Positions 16,201 to 24,962 of a stretch of DNA of 41,208 nt are shown here, in pieces. The stretch is from the NCBI GenBank assembly GCA_946626395.1, contig CAMOUF010000159.1, positions 1 to 41,208 of the forward strand. Direction: 5' to 3'. The notes beneath the pieces are model-generated. The model did not search any database. It worked only from the letters and a program-made list of their open reading frames with translations, and was not told the DNA's origin. A program made the translations under genes and the position numbers. The stretch's first letter is position 1, and the number at the start of each line of letters is the position of its first letter. The stretch comes from an uncultured Clostridia bacterium (GTDB taxonomy: Bacteria > Bacillota > Clostridia > Christensenellales > Aristaeellaceae).

Positions 16201-16889
16201 AGGTGAACGGCTATTACCTGACCAGCACTGAAAACGCCGTAATCTCCTTCCAGCGAGCCTACGGCCTGACTGTGGACGGCGTGGCGGGCTCCATGACCCA
16301 GCATGCCCTGTTCGGCACCACCGACCCCACCGTCACCTCCGCCCCCGGCAGCCCCGGCGTGCCTCAGTATGCCGACGGCAGCTCCGTCACCGTGACCCTG
16401 TATCCCGTGGAAAAGAGCGATTGGTTCACCGGCGATATCCAGAACGTGTGGCCCAACGGCTCCGTGGCCATCCTCACCGACGTGTACACCGGCATTTCCT
16501 TCAAGGCCCAGCGCCTCTACGGCGGCAACCACGCCGACTGCGAGCCTGTGGACACCTCCGACACCGCCGCCATCTGCGCCATCTATGGCGTAAGCCGGCC
16601 CCAGGAAATCGAGGACCGGGAGCAGGAGCTGCAGTCCTACCGCCGCCGTCCCACCTGGGTCACCGTGGGCGGACGCACCTTCTGCGCCTCCGTGTACGGC
16701 ATTCCCCATAACTACTCCGGCGACCGGATTCCCAACAACAACTACACCGGCCAGTTCTGCGTCCACTTTACCAACAGCCGGACCCATACCACCAATATCG
16801 TGGACCCGGATGCCAGCTACAACAACTACTTCGGAGCCCAGAGCGCCATTCAGTACGCTTATGAGCACTCCATCAGCGGCCAGAAGTAA
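13272..16889 (+). CDS. Secreted cell-wall protein: signal peptide, 9 SH3b-like repeats, a PG_binding_1 domain, and an uncharacterised C-terminal domain of about 200 aa
   Basis: ORF 13248..16889; MKRTGKIKRMISVLLLLAMILSAVPAALAED at 13272 is a signal peptide. Nine repeats fit V N(L/V/M)R..P......W(Y/F)....Y.G..G(Y/F/W)(I/L/M). The PG-binding motif is VYALQYRLSQLGYL....GYY...T..AV..FQRAYGLTVDGVAGSMT. I cannot name the C-terminal domain (WPNGSVAILTDVYTGISFKAQRLYGGNHADCEP...). Confidence 0.9.
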   Translation: MKRTGKIKRMISVLLLLAMILSAVPAALAEDAQLGYLVINNNTVNRVVNFRRQPNTNDNTNFPIARLPEFWVVQIQESVQVGSTKWYKIIANVNVEDKYTPDYKTGYVMASYVRIMTDAERAAYLQTGEFLPEGQLPGPDFSPTQAPYEPISLSTVAPVNIPDLAGVISTYVLTTKSGVNLRQTPNGSIMNASSLIESGRVLSCYRIFSPDEYDSYAWALVQYNGMTGFIRGDCFVECDVNGNVKQPAAPTAAPVVTSMPVPMSTVDVGFISGVTQGVVTANDVFLRKTMTTNGDYLAKLPAGWTMTVLSSHKSNGITWYRVQGGIPTDPNGVHTGYIHGGYFALTGAIQPTATAAPWYVPTGLPTVAPTAIVNGDSNFALVLVDGVNMRQTPGGATVSVLPANTVVTVLTKPTSFTANDWYFIQYNGFMGYLPATSVRVLSTSELDNGYPPVIVTAAPGTATAVPAPVVTTLPAGIKGYVKLIKDKVNVRQAPAGTILTGTDKSKLKVGTVIAYMDGPTQKIDGYEWVLISYNGLTGYIRSDCYAFCDEAGAIIVAPTATPLVNPTFVPGGTQGYIKLLKGGVNLRRAPGGETIAQLAKGTILPYFNMAKQNSATLETWYEVYSVQKGTFGYILSTMAEPCDAQGNPVTPALPTASPATVIGYVATNISSVWLRSNPSADSATIGQVKAKGTVLPQIGPVVKNGYDWDPVETKEGLRGYLRGDCVFSLAEWQLEEYQRTGKIATPTPGPATPRPGNSSYIITTFDKVYIRQTPSTKAAALGQMAIGSVLRFTGTQTVGKVLWYQVLYNNQAGWLHGDYARVLTNAEYDNMYATPSPVPGSTTVPPAAPVLEDLSDMAVTLLDKVNIRAKGAMNGKEIGMVDRAGTKLTYLGKYTVPTKDNNFYWFYIRYGNVSGWMRGDCVRVLTVAEKAAQNQPTVTVSPSQTATYRTLYKNSSGDDVYALQYRLSQLGYLAADQVNGYYLTSTENAVISFQRAYGLTVDGVAGSMTQHALFGTTDPTVTSAPGSPGVPQYADGSSVTVTLYPVEKSDWFTGDIQNVWPNGSVAILTDVYTGISFKAQRLYGGNHADCEPVDTSDTAAICAIYGVSRPQEIEDREQELQSYRRRPTWVTVGGRTFCASVYGIPHNYSGDRIPNNNYTGQFCVHFTNSRTHTTNIVDPDASYNNYFGAQSAIQYAYEHSISGQK

Positions 16890-16893
16890 CAAA

Positions 16894-18129
16894 ATGAAAC
16901 AATACGATGTAATGATCATCGGCGGTGGCGCGGCGGGATTGACCGCCGCGCTTTCCGCATCAAAACAGGGCGCGAAAACGCTGATCCTGGAAGGCGCGCC
17001 CCGGGTGGGCCGGAAGATCCTGGCCTCCGGCAACGGCCGGTGCAACCTGGCCAACGCCCGCAGAGCCCCCTACCCCGGGGGAAACGATTTCGCCAGAAGC
17101 GTGCTGGCCCAGGTGCCTGTGGATCAGGTGCTTGCCTTTTTCCATGACCTGGGCCTGGTGACGGTGGAGGAGGAAGGGGGCCGGGTCTATCCCGGCTGCG
17201 GCCAGGCCGCCGCGGTGCTGGACGTGCTGCGCGCCGGGCTGGCGCGGCAGGGAGTAGAAACCCTCGCCGATGCCCCGGTCACAAGCCTCAAAATCATTCC
17301 CGGCGGCCTGCGCCTGACAACGCCCCAGGGAAGCTTTGAAGCCCCCGCCGTAATAGCTGCCTTTGGGGGCATGGCGGGCGGCAAACTGGGCCATGACGGC
17401 AGCCCCTATCGGCTGCTGACGGACTTGGGCCACACCCTCATCCCCCCCTTCCCCGCCCTGACCCCGCTGACGGCGGAAAAGAGCGCGGTAAAGGGCCTGA
17501 GCGGCCAGCGGGCCCCGGTGCTCCTGACCCTGTGCGGCAGAAAAAACAATCGCCCCATCGCAGTCCCCTGCCAGGGGGAAGCGCTGTTTACCGATTACGG
17601 CGTCAGCGGCGTTTGCGCCATGGAGCTGGCCCGGTATGCGGCGGAAGAACAAAAGAAAACCGGACTATGGCCCATGCTGTACATGGACTTTTCCCCCATG
17701 CTGGGGTTGGCGCCCCGGGCCTTTGGCTGGCTGAGCCCCAGGCAGGGGGATCCGGAAAGAAACCTTTCCGCCGTGCAGGCATTCCTGGAAGAGCGCCTGC
17801 ATAGGATGCCCAAGGAGGCCCTGCTGCGGGGCATGGTCCCCCGGCTGCTGGCGGAGCGCCTGCAGGGGCAGAGCCTTTCCCAGCTGGCCCGCAGCCTGGC
17901 CGCGTTCCCGGTGCCCCTGACCGGAATCAAGGGCATGGACGCCGCCCAGGTCACCGCGGGAGGCATTTCCACCCAGGAATTTGACAGGGATACCCTGGAA
18001 TCCCGGCTCGTGCCCGGGCTCTTCGCCGCCGGGGAGCTGCTGGACGTGGACGGCGACTGCGGCGGCTACAACCTGCAGTTTGCCTTCGCCTCCGGCCTCA
18101 TCGCCGGGAAAAATGCGGCGGCCCACTGA
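16894..18129 (+). CDS. NAD(P)/FAD-dependent oxidoreductase (HI0933/BaiN-like flavoprotein)
   Basis: The N-terminus YDVMIIGGGAAGLTAALSASKQGAKTLILEG...GRKILASGNGRCN and the C-terminus TAGGISTQEF....ESRLVPGLFAAGELLDVDGDCGGYNLQFAFASG are typical of the HI0933-like family. The ATG is at 16894, inside ORF 16810..18129. Confidence 0.85.
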   Translation: MKQYDVMIIGGGAAGLTAALSASKQGAKTLILEGAPRVGRKILASGNGRCNLANARRAPYPGGNDFARSVLAQVPVDQVLAFFHDLGLVTVEEEGGRVYPGCGQAAAVLDVLRAGLARQGVETLADAPVTSLKIIPGGLRLTTPQGSFEAPAVIAAFGGMAGGKLGHDGSPYRLLTDLGHTLIPPFPALTPLTAEKSAVKGLSGQRAPVLLTLCGRKNNRPIAVPCQGEALFTDYGVSGVCAMELARYAAEEQKKTGLWPMLYMDFSPMLGLAPRAFGWLSPRQGDPERNLSAVQAFLEERLHRMPKEALLRGMVPRLLAERLQGQSLSQLARSLAAFPVPLTGIKGMDAAQVTAGGISTQEFDRDTLESRLVPGLFAAGELLDVDGDCGGYNLQFAFASGLIAGKNAAAH

Positions 18130-18154
18130 CCTGACCCCAAAGGAGGAATTCTTT

Positions 18155-18757
18155 ATGTCCGAAGCGTTCACCCATGTCAAGCCCGGCGCGCTGCTGGCCC
18201 CGGTGCCCGCCGTGATGGTTTCCTGCGCCCTGCCCGGTGAAAAGCCCAATATCGTCACCATCGCCTGGGCGGGCACGGTGAATTCCGATCCGCCCATGTG
18301 CTCCATTTCCGTGCGCAAGGAGCGCTTCTCCCACAGCATCATCCGGGATTCCGGAGAATTCGTCATCAACCTGGTGGGCCAGGCTCAATTGAAGGCCATG
18401 GACTATTGCGGCGTAAAATCCGGCCGGGACGTGGATAAGTTTTCCGCCTACGGCCTGACCCCCGTTTCCGTGCCGGGGTTTGCCGCCCCCGCCATCGGGG
18501 AATGCCCCCTGTATCTGGCCTGCCGGGTCACCACCGTGCAGGAGCTGGGCAGCCATGATTTATTCCTGGGCGTGGTGGAGCAGCTGGGCGTGCAGCCCGG
18601 GCTGATGGACGCGGCGGGCCGCATCGATTACGCCAAGGCCAAGCTGGTGGCTTACAACCACGGCAATTACTATGCGCTGGGCCAGACCCTGGGCTTTTTC
18701 GGCTATTCCATCGCCGCCCCGGACGTGCTGGAGCGCCGGATGAAAGAGCTTCGGTGA
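18155..18757 (+). CDS. Flavin reductase-like (flavoredoxin) family protein
   Basis: The ATG at 18155 follows AAGGAGGAATTCTTT. PVPAVMVSCA....PNIVTIAWAGTVNSDPPMCSISVRKERFSHSIIRDSGEFVINL is the Flavin_Reduct pattern. Confidence 0.85.
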   Translation: MSEAFTHVKPGALLAPVPAVMVSCALPGEKPNIVTIAWAGTVNSDPPMCSISVRKERFSHSIIRDSGEFVINLVGQAQLKAMDYCGVKSGRDVDKFSAYGLTPVSVPGFAAPAIGECPLYLACRVTTVQELGSHDLFLGVVEQLGVQPGLMDAAGRIDYAKAKLVAYNHGNYYALGQTLGFFGYSIAAPDVLERRMKELR

Positions 18758-18766
18758 AAGGGCGTC

Positions 18767-18880
18767 ATCATTTACAGAACACTTTAAATCAGTTAGGAGT
18801 GAGGAGTTAGAAGTGAGGAGTTAATAGTTTGCGCTTTGCGCATAAACAATTTTCAACTCCTAACTCCTCACTCCTAACTC
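18767..18880 (+). repeat. E2-type nested inverted-repeat element, copy b
   Basis: GAACACTTTAAATCAGTT-AGGAGTG AGGAGTT AGAAGTG AGGAGTT-AATAGTTTGCGCTTTGCGCATAAACAATTTTC-AACTCCT AACTCCT CACTCCT AACTCCT-AACTGATT. The core is colinear with copy a. Confidence 0.9.
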
Positions 18881-18913
18881 CTAACTGATTGGAAGGACGA
18901 AACGATTACCGCT

Positions 18914-19363
18914 ATGAAGAAAGTGCTTGTCCTCCTGACCGCGCTGGCCCTTTTGACGGGCCTCCTGCCTCCCGCTATGCAGGCGTCTTGGATGACGAAG
19001 CTGCTGCCGGGCAAGTGGATGCTCATTGCCGGGGGCGGCGCGGAAATATGGGATTTTCACGGGGACGGCACCTGCGTAAGCTCCACATACGCAGGCGCAT
19101 CCTCCGCCCATACCTGGCGGGTGGAAGCCGCCACGGAAGCGGATTTGGAACAGCTCTGGGCAAAGCCCTGCCTGGTGCTGGTGATCGACGAAGCCCGCTA
19201 TGGCCTGCATTTTAACTGGCAGACCATGGAAACGACCCTGGGTATCCTGGAGGGCGGCATCCTTCCGGAGGAAGAGCGGGCCTTGACCGCGCCGCTGCCC
19301 CTTTGCGTCAGCATCACGAATGGCATGGGCGGGGGCGGCTATGTGCGCATGAAGGACCAATAG
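18914..19363 (+). CDS. Small secreted hypothetical protein
   Basis: 149 aa. MKKVLVLLTALALLTGLLPPAMQA is a signal peptide. No family recognised. Confidence 0.6.
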   Translation: MKKVLVLLTALALLTGLLPPAMQASWMTKLLPGKWMLIAGGGAEIWDFHGDGTCVSSTYAGASSAHTWRVEAATEADLEQLWAKPCLVLVIDEARYGLHFNWQTMETTLGILEGGILPEEERALTAPLPLCVSITNGMGGGGYVRMKDQ

Positions 19364-19385
19364 CGTATTTTCGGAGGAAACAAAC

Positions 19386-20987
19386 GTGTATCAAGCCCTG
19401 TACCGGGTCTGGCGGCCCAAGACATTTTCCGATATGGTGGGCCAGGAGGCCATCGTGCGGACGCTTCGCAACCAGGTCATGTCCGGCCGCATCGCCCACG
19501 CCTATCTCTTCTGCGGCAGCCGGGGCACCGGCAAAACCAGCGCCGCCCGCATTCTCACCCGGGCCATCAACTGTGAAAACCCGCAAAACGGCGACCCCTG
19601 CGGGGAATGCGGCAGCTGCAAAACCATTGAAAGCGGCGCTTCCCTGGACGTGTATGAAATGGACGCGGCCAGCAACAGCCGGGTGGAGGAAATCCGCGAC
19701 CTGCTGGAAAAGGTGGATTATCCCCCCCAGTTCGGAAAATACAAGGTGTACATCATCGACGAAGTGCACATGCTTTCCAACGCTGCCTTTAACGCCCTGC
19801 TCAAAACCCTGGAGGAGCCGCCGGAATACATGGTGTTTATCCTGGCCACCACCGAGCCCCAGAAGCTGCCCTCCACCATCCTGTCCCGGTGCCAGCGGTA
19901 CGACTTTGGCCGCTATTCCGAGGATCAGATCGCGGGGCATTTGCACAACGTGGTCACCCAGAGCGGCGAAAAAGCCGAGCCGGAAGCCCTGAACCTGATC
20001 GCCCGGGCCGCCGAGGGCGGCATGCGCGACGCCCTGTCCATTCTGGATATGTGCATGGGCGGCGGCGAAACCATTACCGAGGAGCACGTCCGGGACGCCC
20101 TGGGCACGGCGGACAGGACCTTCCTCTTTTCCTTCGCGGACGCCCTGGCCCGCCGGGACGGGGCGGAAGCCCTGCGGCTCATTGACCAGCTTATGCGATC
20201 CGGCCGGGACGTGCAGGTGTTTTTAAAGGACGTATCCGCCCATCTGCGCCTGCTGATGGCGGCCATGCTCTGCGGCCCCGGGGAAGCGCTGCCGGGAGTC
20301 AGCGGGGAAAACATCCGCCGCTATGCCGACCAGGCCAAGCAGTTTTCCCAGCAGCGGCTGATGCGGGTGCTGGATTTGAGCATGCGGGCGGAAGCGGACA
20401 CCCGCTGGGCCTCCTCCGCCCGGTCGGTGCTGGAGGTATTCGCCCTGCGGGCCTGCGACCAGCCGGAGGAGCAGGACTATGAGGCCCTGCTGGAGCGGGT
20501 GGCGGAATTGGAGCAGCGGCTTTCCCAACTGGAGCAAAGCGGCGTTCGGATGCCCGCGCCCGGGGAAAGCGGACAGAGCGCCCCCAAAAAGCCCGCCGCG
20601 CCCAAACCCGCGCCCATCACAGAATCCGCCGTGCCCCCTGGCAGCCGCGCGCCCAAGGACGTGTGGAACGATATGCTCAAAATCATGAAAAAGCAGGAGC
20701 CCGCCATTTACGCCCCCCTGAGCCGGGCCCGGTACGGCGGCTATCAGGACGGCGTTTACAAAGCCCTGTTTGCCCAGGAGGAGGCCATTTTCTCCAATAT
20801 GCTCTCCGCCGACGAGCGGCGGAAAAAAATCGAAGCCGCCCTGAACCAGTGCGGCGGTCTGGACGCCAAATTCCAGGCCGTCTCCCAGACGCCGCCCCCC
20901 GACCCCAACGCGGACAAGCGGGCGGACAAAAACATGGCCGATCTGATCGACATGTTTGGCCGGGACAAGGTACAGATCGACGAATAA
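19386..20987 (+). CDS. dnaX: DNA polymerase III subunits gamma/tau
   Basis: GTG start after GGAGGAAACAAAC. YRVWRPKTFSDMVGQE...AHAYLFCGSRGTGKTS...CGECGSCK...KVYIIDEVHMLS..AFNALLKTLEEPP is the canonical clamp-loader signature. Confidence 0.95.
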   Translation: MYQALYRVWRPKTFSDMVGQEAIVRTLRNQVMSGRIAHAYLFCGSRGTGKTSAARILTRAINCENPQNGDPCGECGSCKTIESGASLDVYEMDAASNSRVEEIRDLLEKVDYPPQFGKYKVYIIDEVHMLSNAAFNALLKTLEEPPEYMVFILATTEPQKLPSTILSRCQRYDFGRYSEDQIAGHLHNVVTQSGEKAEPEALNLIARAAEGGMRDALSILDMCMGGGETITEEHVRDALGTADRTFLFSFADALARRDGAEALRLIDQLMRSGRDVQVFLKDVSAHLRLLMAAMLCGPGEALPGVSGENIRRYADQAKQFSQQRLMRVLDLSMRAEADTRWASSARSVLEVFALRACDQPEEQDYEALLERVAELEQRLSQLEQSGVRMPAPGESGQSAPKKPAAPKPAPITESAVPPGSRAPKDVWNDMLKIMKKQEPAIYAPLSRARYGGYQDGVYKALFAQEEAIFSNMLSADERRKKIEAALNQCGGLDAKFQAVSQTPPPDPNADKRADKNMADLIDMFGRDKVQIDE

Positions 20988-21033
20988 AAGCCCGCCCTTG
21001 CGCAGAGCGGAAGCCCATGGAAAGGAGCGCGCA

Positions 21034-22152
21034 ATGAACTCCAATCGCGGTCAATACAACGATTCTCCCCTTTACAACATGAAAACCCCCAAGAAGCCTC
21101 CCCGCCGCGGCTCCCAGGAGCAGGCCACCCAGCAGGGCCAGGGGGAAGCGCAGCCCCAGGGTTTAAAGCGCCATGCCTTTTTATCCGTGGCGCTCTCCTT
21201 CCTGCTGCCGGTGATGTTTTTAGTGGCTTTGATCGTGCAGAGCAATGAACTGCGCTGGGCGTTTCTGGCCGCCGCCGCCCTGGCGGTGATCGCCATGTGG
21301 GTACTGGGGGCCTTCGTGCGCAGCGCCCGGAACACCCTGACGGTGGTGTATCTCGCCCTGGCGGCGGTGATTGCCCTGGCGCTGTTCATTAATCTCCAGG
21401 CCAATGGCGATTCCATCGCGGCCAGCCGGGCACAGCCCGCCGGCATCACGCCGGACGCGGCAGGGCTGATGGAGGTGATGGAGACCGCCACCCCCGAGCC
21501 CACCGTGGACCCGGCGGGCACCAAGTCCGAAGCGGAAAAACGGCTGGACGGCTTTTTTGAGGCCTGGATGAAAAACCAGATCCAGGTGATCCGGGATTAT
21601 TGCAGCCCCGCCTGGATCAACGCCACTGTCTCCCCCACCAACGTGCTTTTCCAGCAGCTCAGCGGCAACATCCCCGTGGATTACGCCATTGAAGAGGCGG
21701 GCGGCAGCGACGGCAGCAGCAGCCGGGTGATCACCGTACGGGCCTATTTCCCAGACGGCGCCGAAGTGGTGCCCAAGCGCATGAACGTGCGCATGGTGAA
21801 AACCAACGAGGTCTGGTACGTGGACCCCAACTCCCTGGACACCGTGCCCATCAACGAGGAGGAGGAAGCCAAGGCCGCTTCCAGCCAGGTGTATGTGGGC
21901 AACCTGGCCCTGGGCAGCACCAAGGCCCCCGTGGTCACCGACCCGCCCGGCACGGAAAGCGACGTGAAGGTGTACTACAACAAGGCGGGCAAGGGCAAGT
22001 ATTACCATGTGAACCGCATCTGCCCCGCCGTCAATTCCCAGTGGTGGCCCATGGAGGAATTTTCCTTCAGCCTGATCAACAGTCAGGAATTTAAAAATCT
22101 GATTCCCTGCGAAAAATGCGGCGCGCCTGCCCGGCCCGCCGTGAGTCAGTAA
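21034..22152 (+). CDS. Hypothetical membrane protein with an extracytoplasmic domain and a C-terminal Cys motif
   Basis: The ATG at 21034 follows GGAAAGGAG. There are three TM helices between about aa 50 and 140, then a soluble domain that ends ...YYHVNRICPAVNSQWW...IPCEKCGAP. Its 3' end overlaps the convergent SPOR gene by 7 nt. Confidence 0.7.
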   Translation: MNSNRGQYNDSPLYNMKTPKKPPRRGSQEQATQQGQGEAQPQGLKRHAFLSVALSFLLPVMFLVALIVQSNELRWAFLAAAALAVIAMWVLGAFVRSARNTLTVVYLALAAVIALALFINLQANGDSIAASRAQPAGITPDAAGLMEVMETATPEPTVDPAGTKSEAEKRLDGFFEAWMKNQIQVIRDYCSPAWINATVSPTNVLFQQLSGNIPVDYAIEEAGGSDGSSSRVITVRAYFPDGAEVVPKRMNVRMVKTNEVWYVDPNSLDTVPINEEEEAKAASSQVYVGNLALGSTKAPVVTDPPGTESDVKVYYNKAGKGKYYHVNRICPAVNSQWWPMEEFSFSLINSQEFKNLIPCEKCGAPARPAVSQ

Positions 22153-22955
22153 AGGGAAGCGGCATAGGCCGCCATTTCGCACAGACACTGCAAATGGCAA
22201 TATTTCACCTGAGCCCCCAGCCCCACAGCCGTGGAGGCGTTCAGCGCCTCTTCCAGGCTTTGGGCGCATTCGCTCAGCACCCTTTCCAGCGCCGCCACCG
22301 CCTCGGGAGGCTGCTGCCCAAAGCGGGAGAGCAGCCCCTCCCGAAGCGCGTTCAGCGTATCCCGCTCGGAAAAAAGGGCCGCCCGGACATCGCTCAGGGG
22401 GATTTCTCCCCGATCCAGGGAAAGGCTCAGGGCGTACAGGTGCCCCGTCAGCTTTTCCATAGCGTCCCAGGCGTCGGAAAGGGCCGTTAATTGGCTGCCG
22501 CGCCCCGACAGCCGCAGCGTCACGGCGGGCAGGGCCACCTCCACCACGGCGGTATCCACCCCGTGCCTTTCTTTCAGCCGGGTCATCACCGCCTGGGCGT
22601 CCGCCCGGGTTTCATAGGCCGCTGCCAGCGCCCGGCAGCCGTCCTTTTCAAACACATAGCCTCCCGCGCCCCGGGCCCGATAAGCCTTCGCGGTTTGCAG
22701 GGCGGCTTCCCGGGAATCAAACACGCCCAGCTGGAGGGCGTACCAGCTTTTCGCGTTCAGGGTCACGGTGCGCGTTTCCGTTTTCTCTTCGATAGGCGCT
22801 TTCGTGGCCGCTGGCGGGGCGGACAAAACCGGCGGTCTTTCCCCCTGCAGCGCAGCCGCGCCCAGGCCCAGGGCAGCGCCCAGCAGCAGCATGGCCCACG
22901 GGCCCATCCCCCGTCCCGTTTTATAACGCTTTGTTTTCAGCCTGCCCGCCCGCAT
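22146..22955 (-). CDS. SPOR-domain membrane-anchored protein
   Basis: ORF 22146..23036(-). The ATG at 22955 follows GGGAGGGG. It has the TM helix WAMLLLGAALGLGAAAL. WYALQLGVFDSREAALQTAKAYRARGAGGYVF...ALAAAYETRADAQAV looks like a SPOR (peptidoglycan-binding) fold, followed by a helical C-terminal half. Confidence 0.65.
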   Translation of the reverse strand: MRAGRLKTKRYKTGRGMGPWAMLLLGAALGLGAAALQGERPPVLSAPPAATKAPIEEKTETRTVTLNAKSWYALQLGVFDSREAALQTAKAYRARGAGGYVFEKDGCRALAAAYETRADAQAVMTRLKERHGVDTAVVEVALPAVTLRLSGRGSQLTALSDAWDAMEKLTGHLYALSLSLDRGEIPLSDVRAALFSERDTLNALREGLLSRFGQQPPEAVAALERVLSECAQSLEEALNASTAVGLGAQVKYCHLQCLCEMAAYAASLY

Positions 22956-23034
22956 CCCGATCCCCTCCCGTCTCCTGCATTGTATGCGGGCGAAAGAAGA
23001 TTTATGAAGAACCAACCGACCGAAAGGAGCCGCC

Positions 23035-23808
23035 ATGCGTTACCACATTGACACCATTCCCGTCTGGGACGCCATGAAGCTGGGCGGGGAATGCCCCCTG
23101 TGCGCCCTGCGCCGCCGGAACGAACTGATCGACGTGGACAGATTTCTCGGCGCGTCGGTGATGGAGCCGGACACCCGCATCCAGGTCAACGCCGTGGGCT
23201 TCTGCGCCCATCATCAGGTGCTGCTTTACGAGCAGAAAAACCGCCTGGGCCACGCCCTGATGATGCACACCCATTTAAAGGAAACCATGGGCAAATTAAA
23301 GCCCCTCCTGGCCCAGGCGGCCCAGGCCGGGGAAAAGAGCGCCTCCACCCCTGCCCTGAAAAGGCTCATGGGCAAAAGCGAGGGCAAGGAGGGCTTAAAA
23401 GAAGCGGCGGCAAAGATCCGGGCCATGTCCCAAAGCTGCATCCTGTGCGACACCATCGAGGAGCATACCCGGCGCTACGCCTACACCATGCTGCACCTGT
23501 ACAAAAACGACCCTTCCTTCCGCAAGGCCTTCGCCGCCTCCAAGGGCGTGTGCCTGCCCGATATGGCCATGCTGCTGGAAATGGCGGACGAGGCTCTCTC
23601 CGGCGACATGCTCCGGGATTTTATCCGGGATTTATCCGCCGCCATGGACGCAAGCCTGTCCAAAATGGAAAAGGATATTGAAGGCTTCACCCTGAAATTT
23701 GATTACCGCAACGCCGACAAACCCTGGGGCGACAGCCGGGGATCGCTGGAGCGGACCATCAATAAACTGCAGGGCTGGTGCCTGGGAGAGGAGCCGAACC
23801 CCAAATGA
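23035..23808 (+). CDS. Cys-rich hypothetical protein (resembles the clostridial DUF6062-type family)
   Basis: 257 aa with RBS AAAGGAG. The paired Cys motifs are CPLC ... FCAHH ... CILCD ... C. The stop overlaps the next gene's start (ATGA at 23805-23808). Confidence 0.7.
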   Translation: MRYHIDTIPVWDAMKLGGECPLCALRRRNELIDVDRFLGASVMEPDTRIQVNAVGFCAHHQVLLYEQKNRLGHALMMHTHLKETMGKLKPLLAQAAQAGEKSASTPALKRLMGKSEGKEGLKEAAAKIRAMSQSCILCDTIEEHTRRYAYTMLHLYKNDPSFRKAFAASKGVCLPDMAMLLEMADEALSGDMLRDFIRDLSAAMDASLSKMEKDIEGFTLKFDYRNADKPWGDSRGSLERTINKLQGWCLGEEPNPK

Positions 23809-24749
23809 CTGACCGCGCCCGTTTGATTTGCCTGCTTGTGTGCTGCGCCCTGCTGCTGTGCGGCTGCATGACCTCGCCGCCGGATTCCCTCAAGCGCTCC
23901 GGCACGGAGGGCCAGCGCCTGATCAGCGCCAGCACTGAGGGCCTTGCGCCCGATCAAAAATCCGTGACCCTGTATTTCCGCTACGGCAGCACCGGCTTTC
24001 TGGCCCCGGAAGCCCGGCTGGTGACGGTCCAGCGCAATGAAAGCCTGGAAAAGGCCGTGGTGAAAGCCCTGCTGGGCGGCCCGCTGAACGCGGCCCTGTC
24101 CCCGCTTTTTCCCAGCGGGGTGGAGGCACTGTCCGCCGTCAATCAGGACGGCACCCTGTTTTTGACCTTGAATGAAGCGCTGCTGGGCCGCTATCCCGAC
24201 GAGCCCGGCGACGTCTCCGTAGGTGCCTGGAAAACCGAAGGGCCCCTGCGCCGCCAGCTGTGCCTGGATTCCCTGGCCGCCACCCTCACCGAGGCGGGCC
24301 TTTGCGACCGGGTGCAGGTGCTGGTGGAACGCAGCCAGGCGTCCATGCGGCTGACGGCGGGCTTTTTGAACCGCTCCGCCGATGCGGCGCTGCTGCCGAT
24401 GCTGACCCGGAATGAAGATACGCTGCTCACCCCCCACAACACCGCCCAGCGCATCCTGCAAAGCTGGCGGGAGCAGGACTGGAACACCCTATCCGCTTAC
24501 ACCGCCAATGCTTCCGGCGAGCAAAGCGCCCTGGACGCGTTTGCGGCGGCGGAAAAGCTGGTGGACTATACCCTGTCCTGCGGCAGCGTGAGCTTTGATG
24601 GGCAGACCGCCCTGGTGACAGCCGATTTGACCTTGCAGGGCCAGGGGCAGGACACCGCCGTGCCCGGCTATCCCCTGCGCCTCATCCGGGAGGACGGCAT
24701 TTGGAAAATGGACTACGAAACGCTGCTGGATATGATGGGCAAGAAATAA
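23805..24749 (+). CDS. GerMN-domain lipoprotein
   Basis: Lipobox LLLCGC. VTLYFRYGSTGFLAPEARLVTVQRNESLEKAVVKALLGGP...LSPLFPSGVEALS..QDGTLFLTLN is the GerMN pattern. It is translationally coupled to the upstream gene. Confidence 0.7.
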   Translation: MTDRARLICLLVCCALLLCGCMTSPPDSLKRSGTEGQRLISASTEGLAPDQKSVTLYFRYGSTGFLAPEARLVTVQRNESLEKAVVKALLGGPLNAALSPLFPSGVEALSAVNQDGTLFLTLNEALLGRYPDEPGDVSVGAWKTEGPLRRQLCLDSLAATLTEAGLCDRVQVLVERSQASMRLTAGFLNRSADAALLPMLTRNEDTLLTPHNTAQRILQSWREQDWNTLSAYTANASGEQSALDAFAAAEKLVDYTLSCGSVSFDGQTALVTADLTLQGQGQDTAVPGYPLRLIREDGIWKMDYETLLDMMGKK

Positions 24750-24754
24750 ATGAG

Positions 24755-24886
24755 ATTGCAGAGTACAGAGTGCAGAGAGTATAGCCTGACATAAGCAACG
24801 AATCCAGACTTGGAACGACTAAAAATATCTGCACGCTGAACGCTCGTCTTCCTATTGCCTAATGCCTGTTGCCTATTGCCTTTCGC
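24755..24886 (+). repeat. E1-type element, copy d (the left outer arm is missing)
   Basis: ATTGCAGA GTACAGA GTGCAGA ... core GAGTATAGCCTGACATAAGCAACGAATCCAGACTTGGAACGACTAAAAATATCT ... TCTGCAC GCTGAAC GCTCGTC TTCCTAT TGCCTAA TGCCTGT TGCCTAT TGCCTTT. The 7-nt phase is unbroken across both arm types. Confidence 0.85.
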
Positions 24887-24962
24887 CGAATACTATTAAG
24901 CCTTCTTCAACAGATCATAACGAAATCATTTATCTTCCTGACCGAAAGCTGGTGGAACATTG

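Noticed and set aside
13137-17054. 1,305-aa ORF on the minus strand, the longest ORF in the window
   Set aside because: It lies antisense to the SH3b-repeat gene. Its translation is G/A/V/H-rich low complexity with no motifs, RBS or signal. This is a typical shadow ORF in GC-rich DNA, whereas the plus-strand product has clear domain structure.
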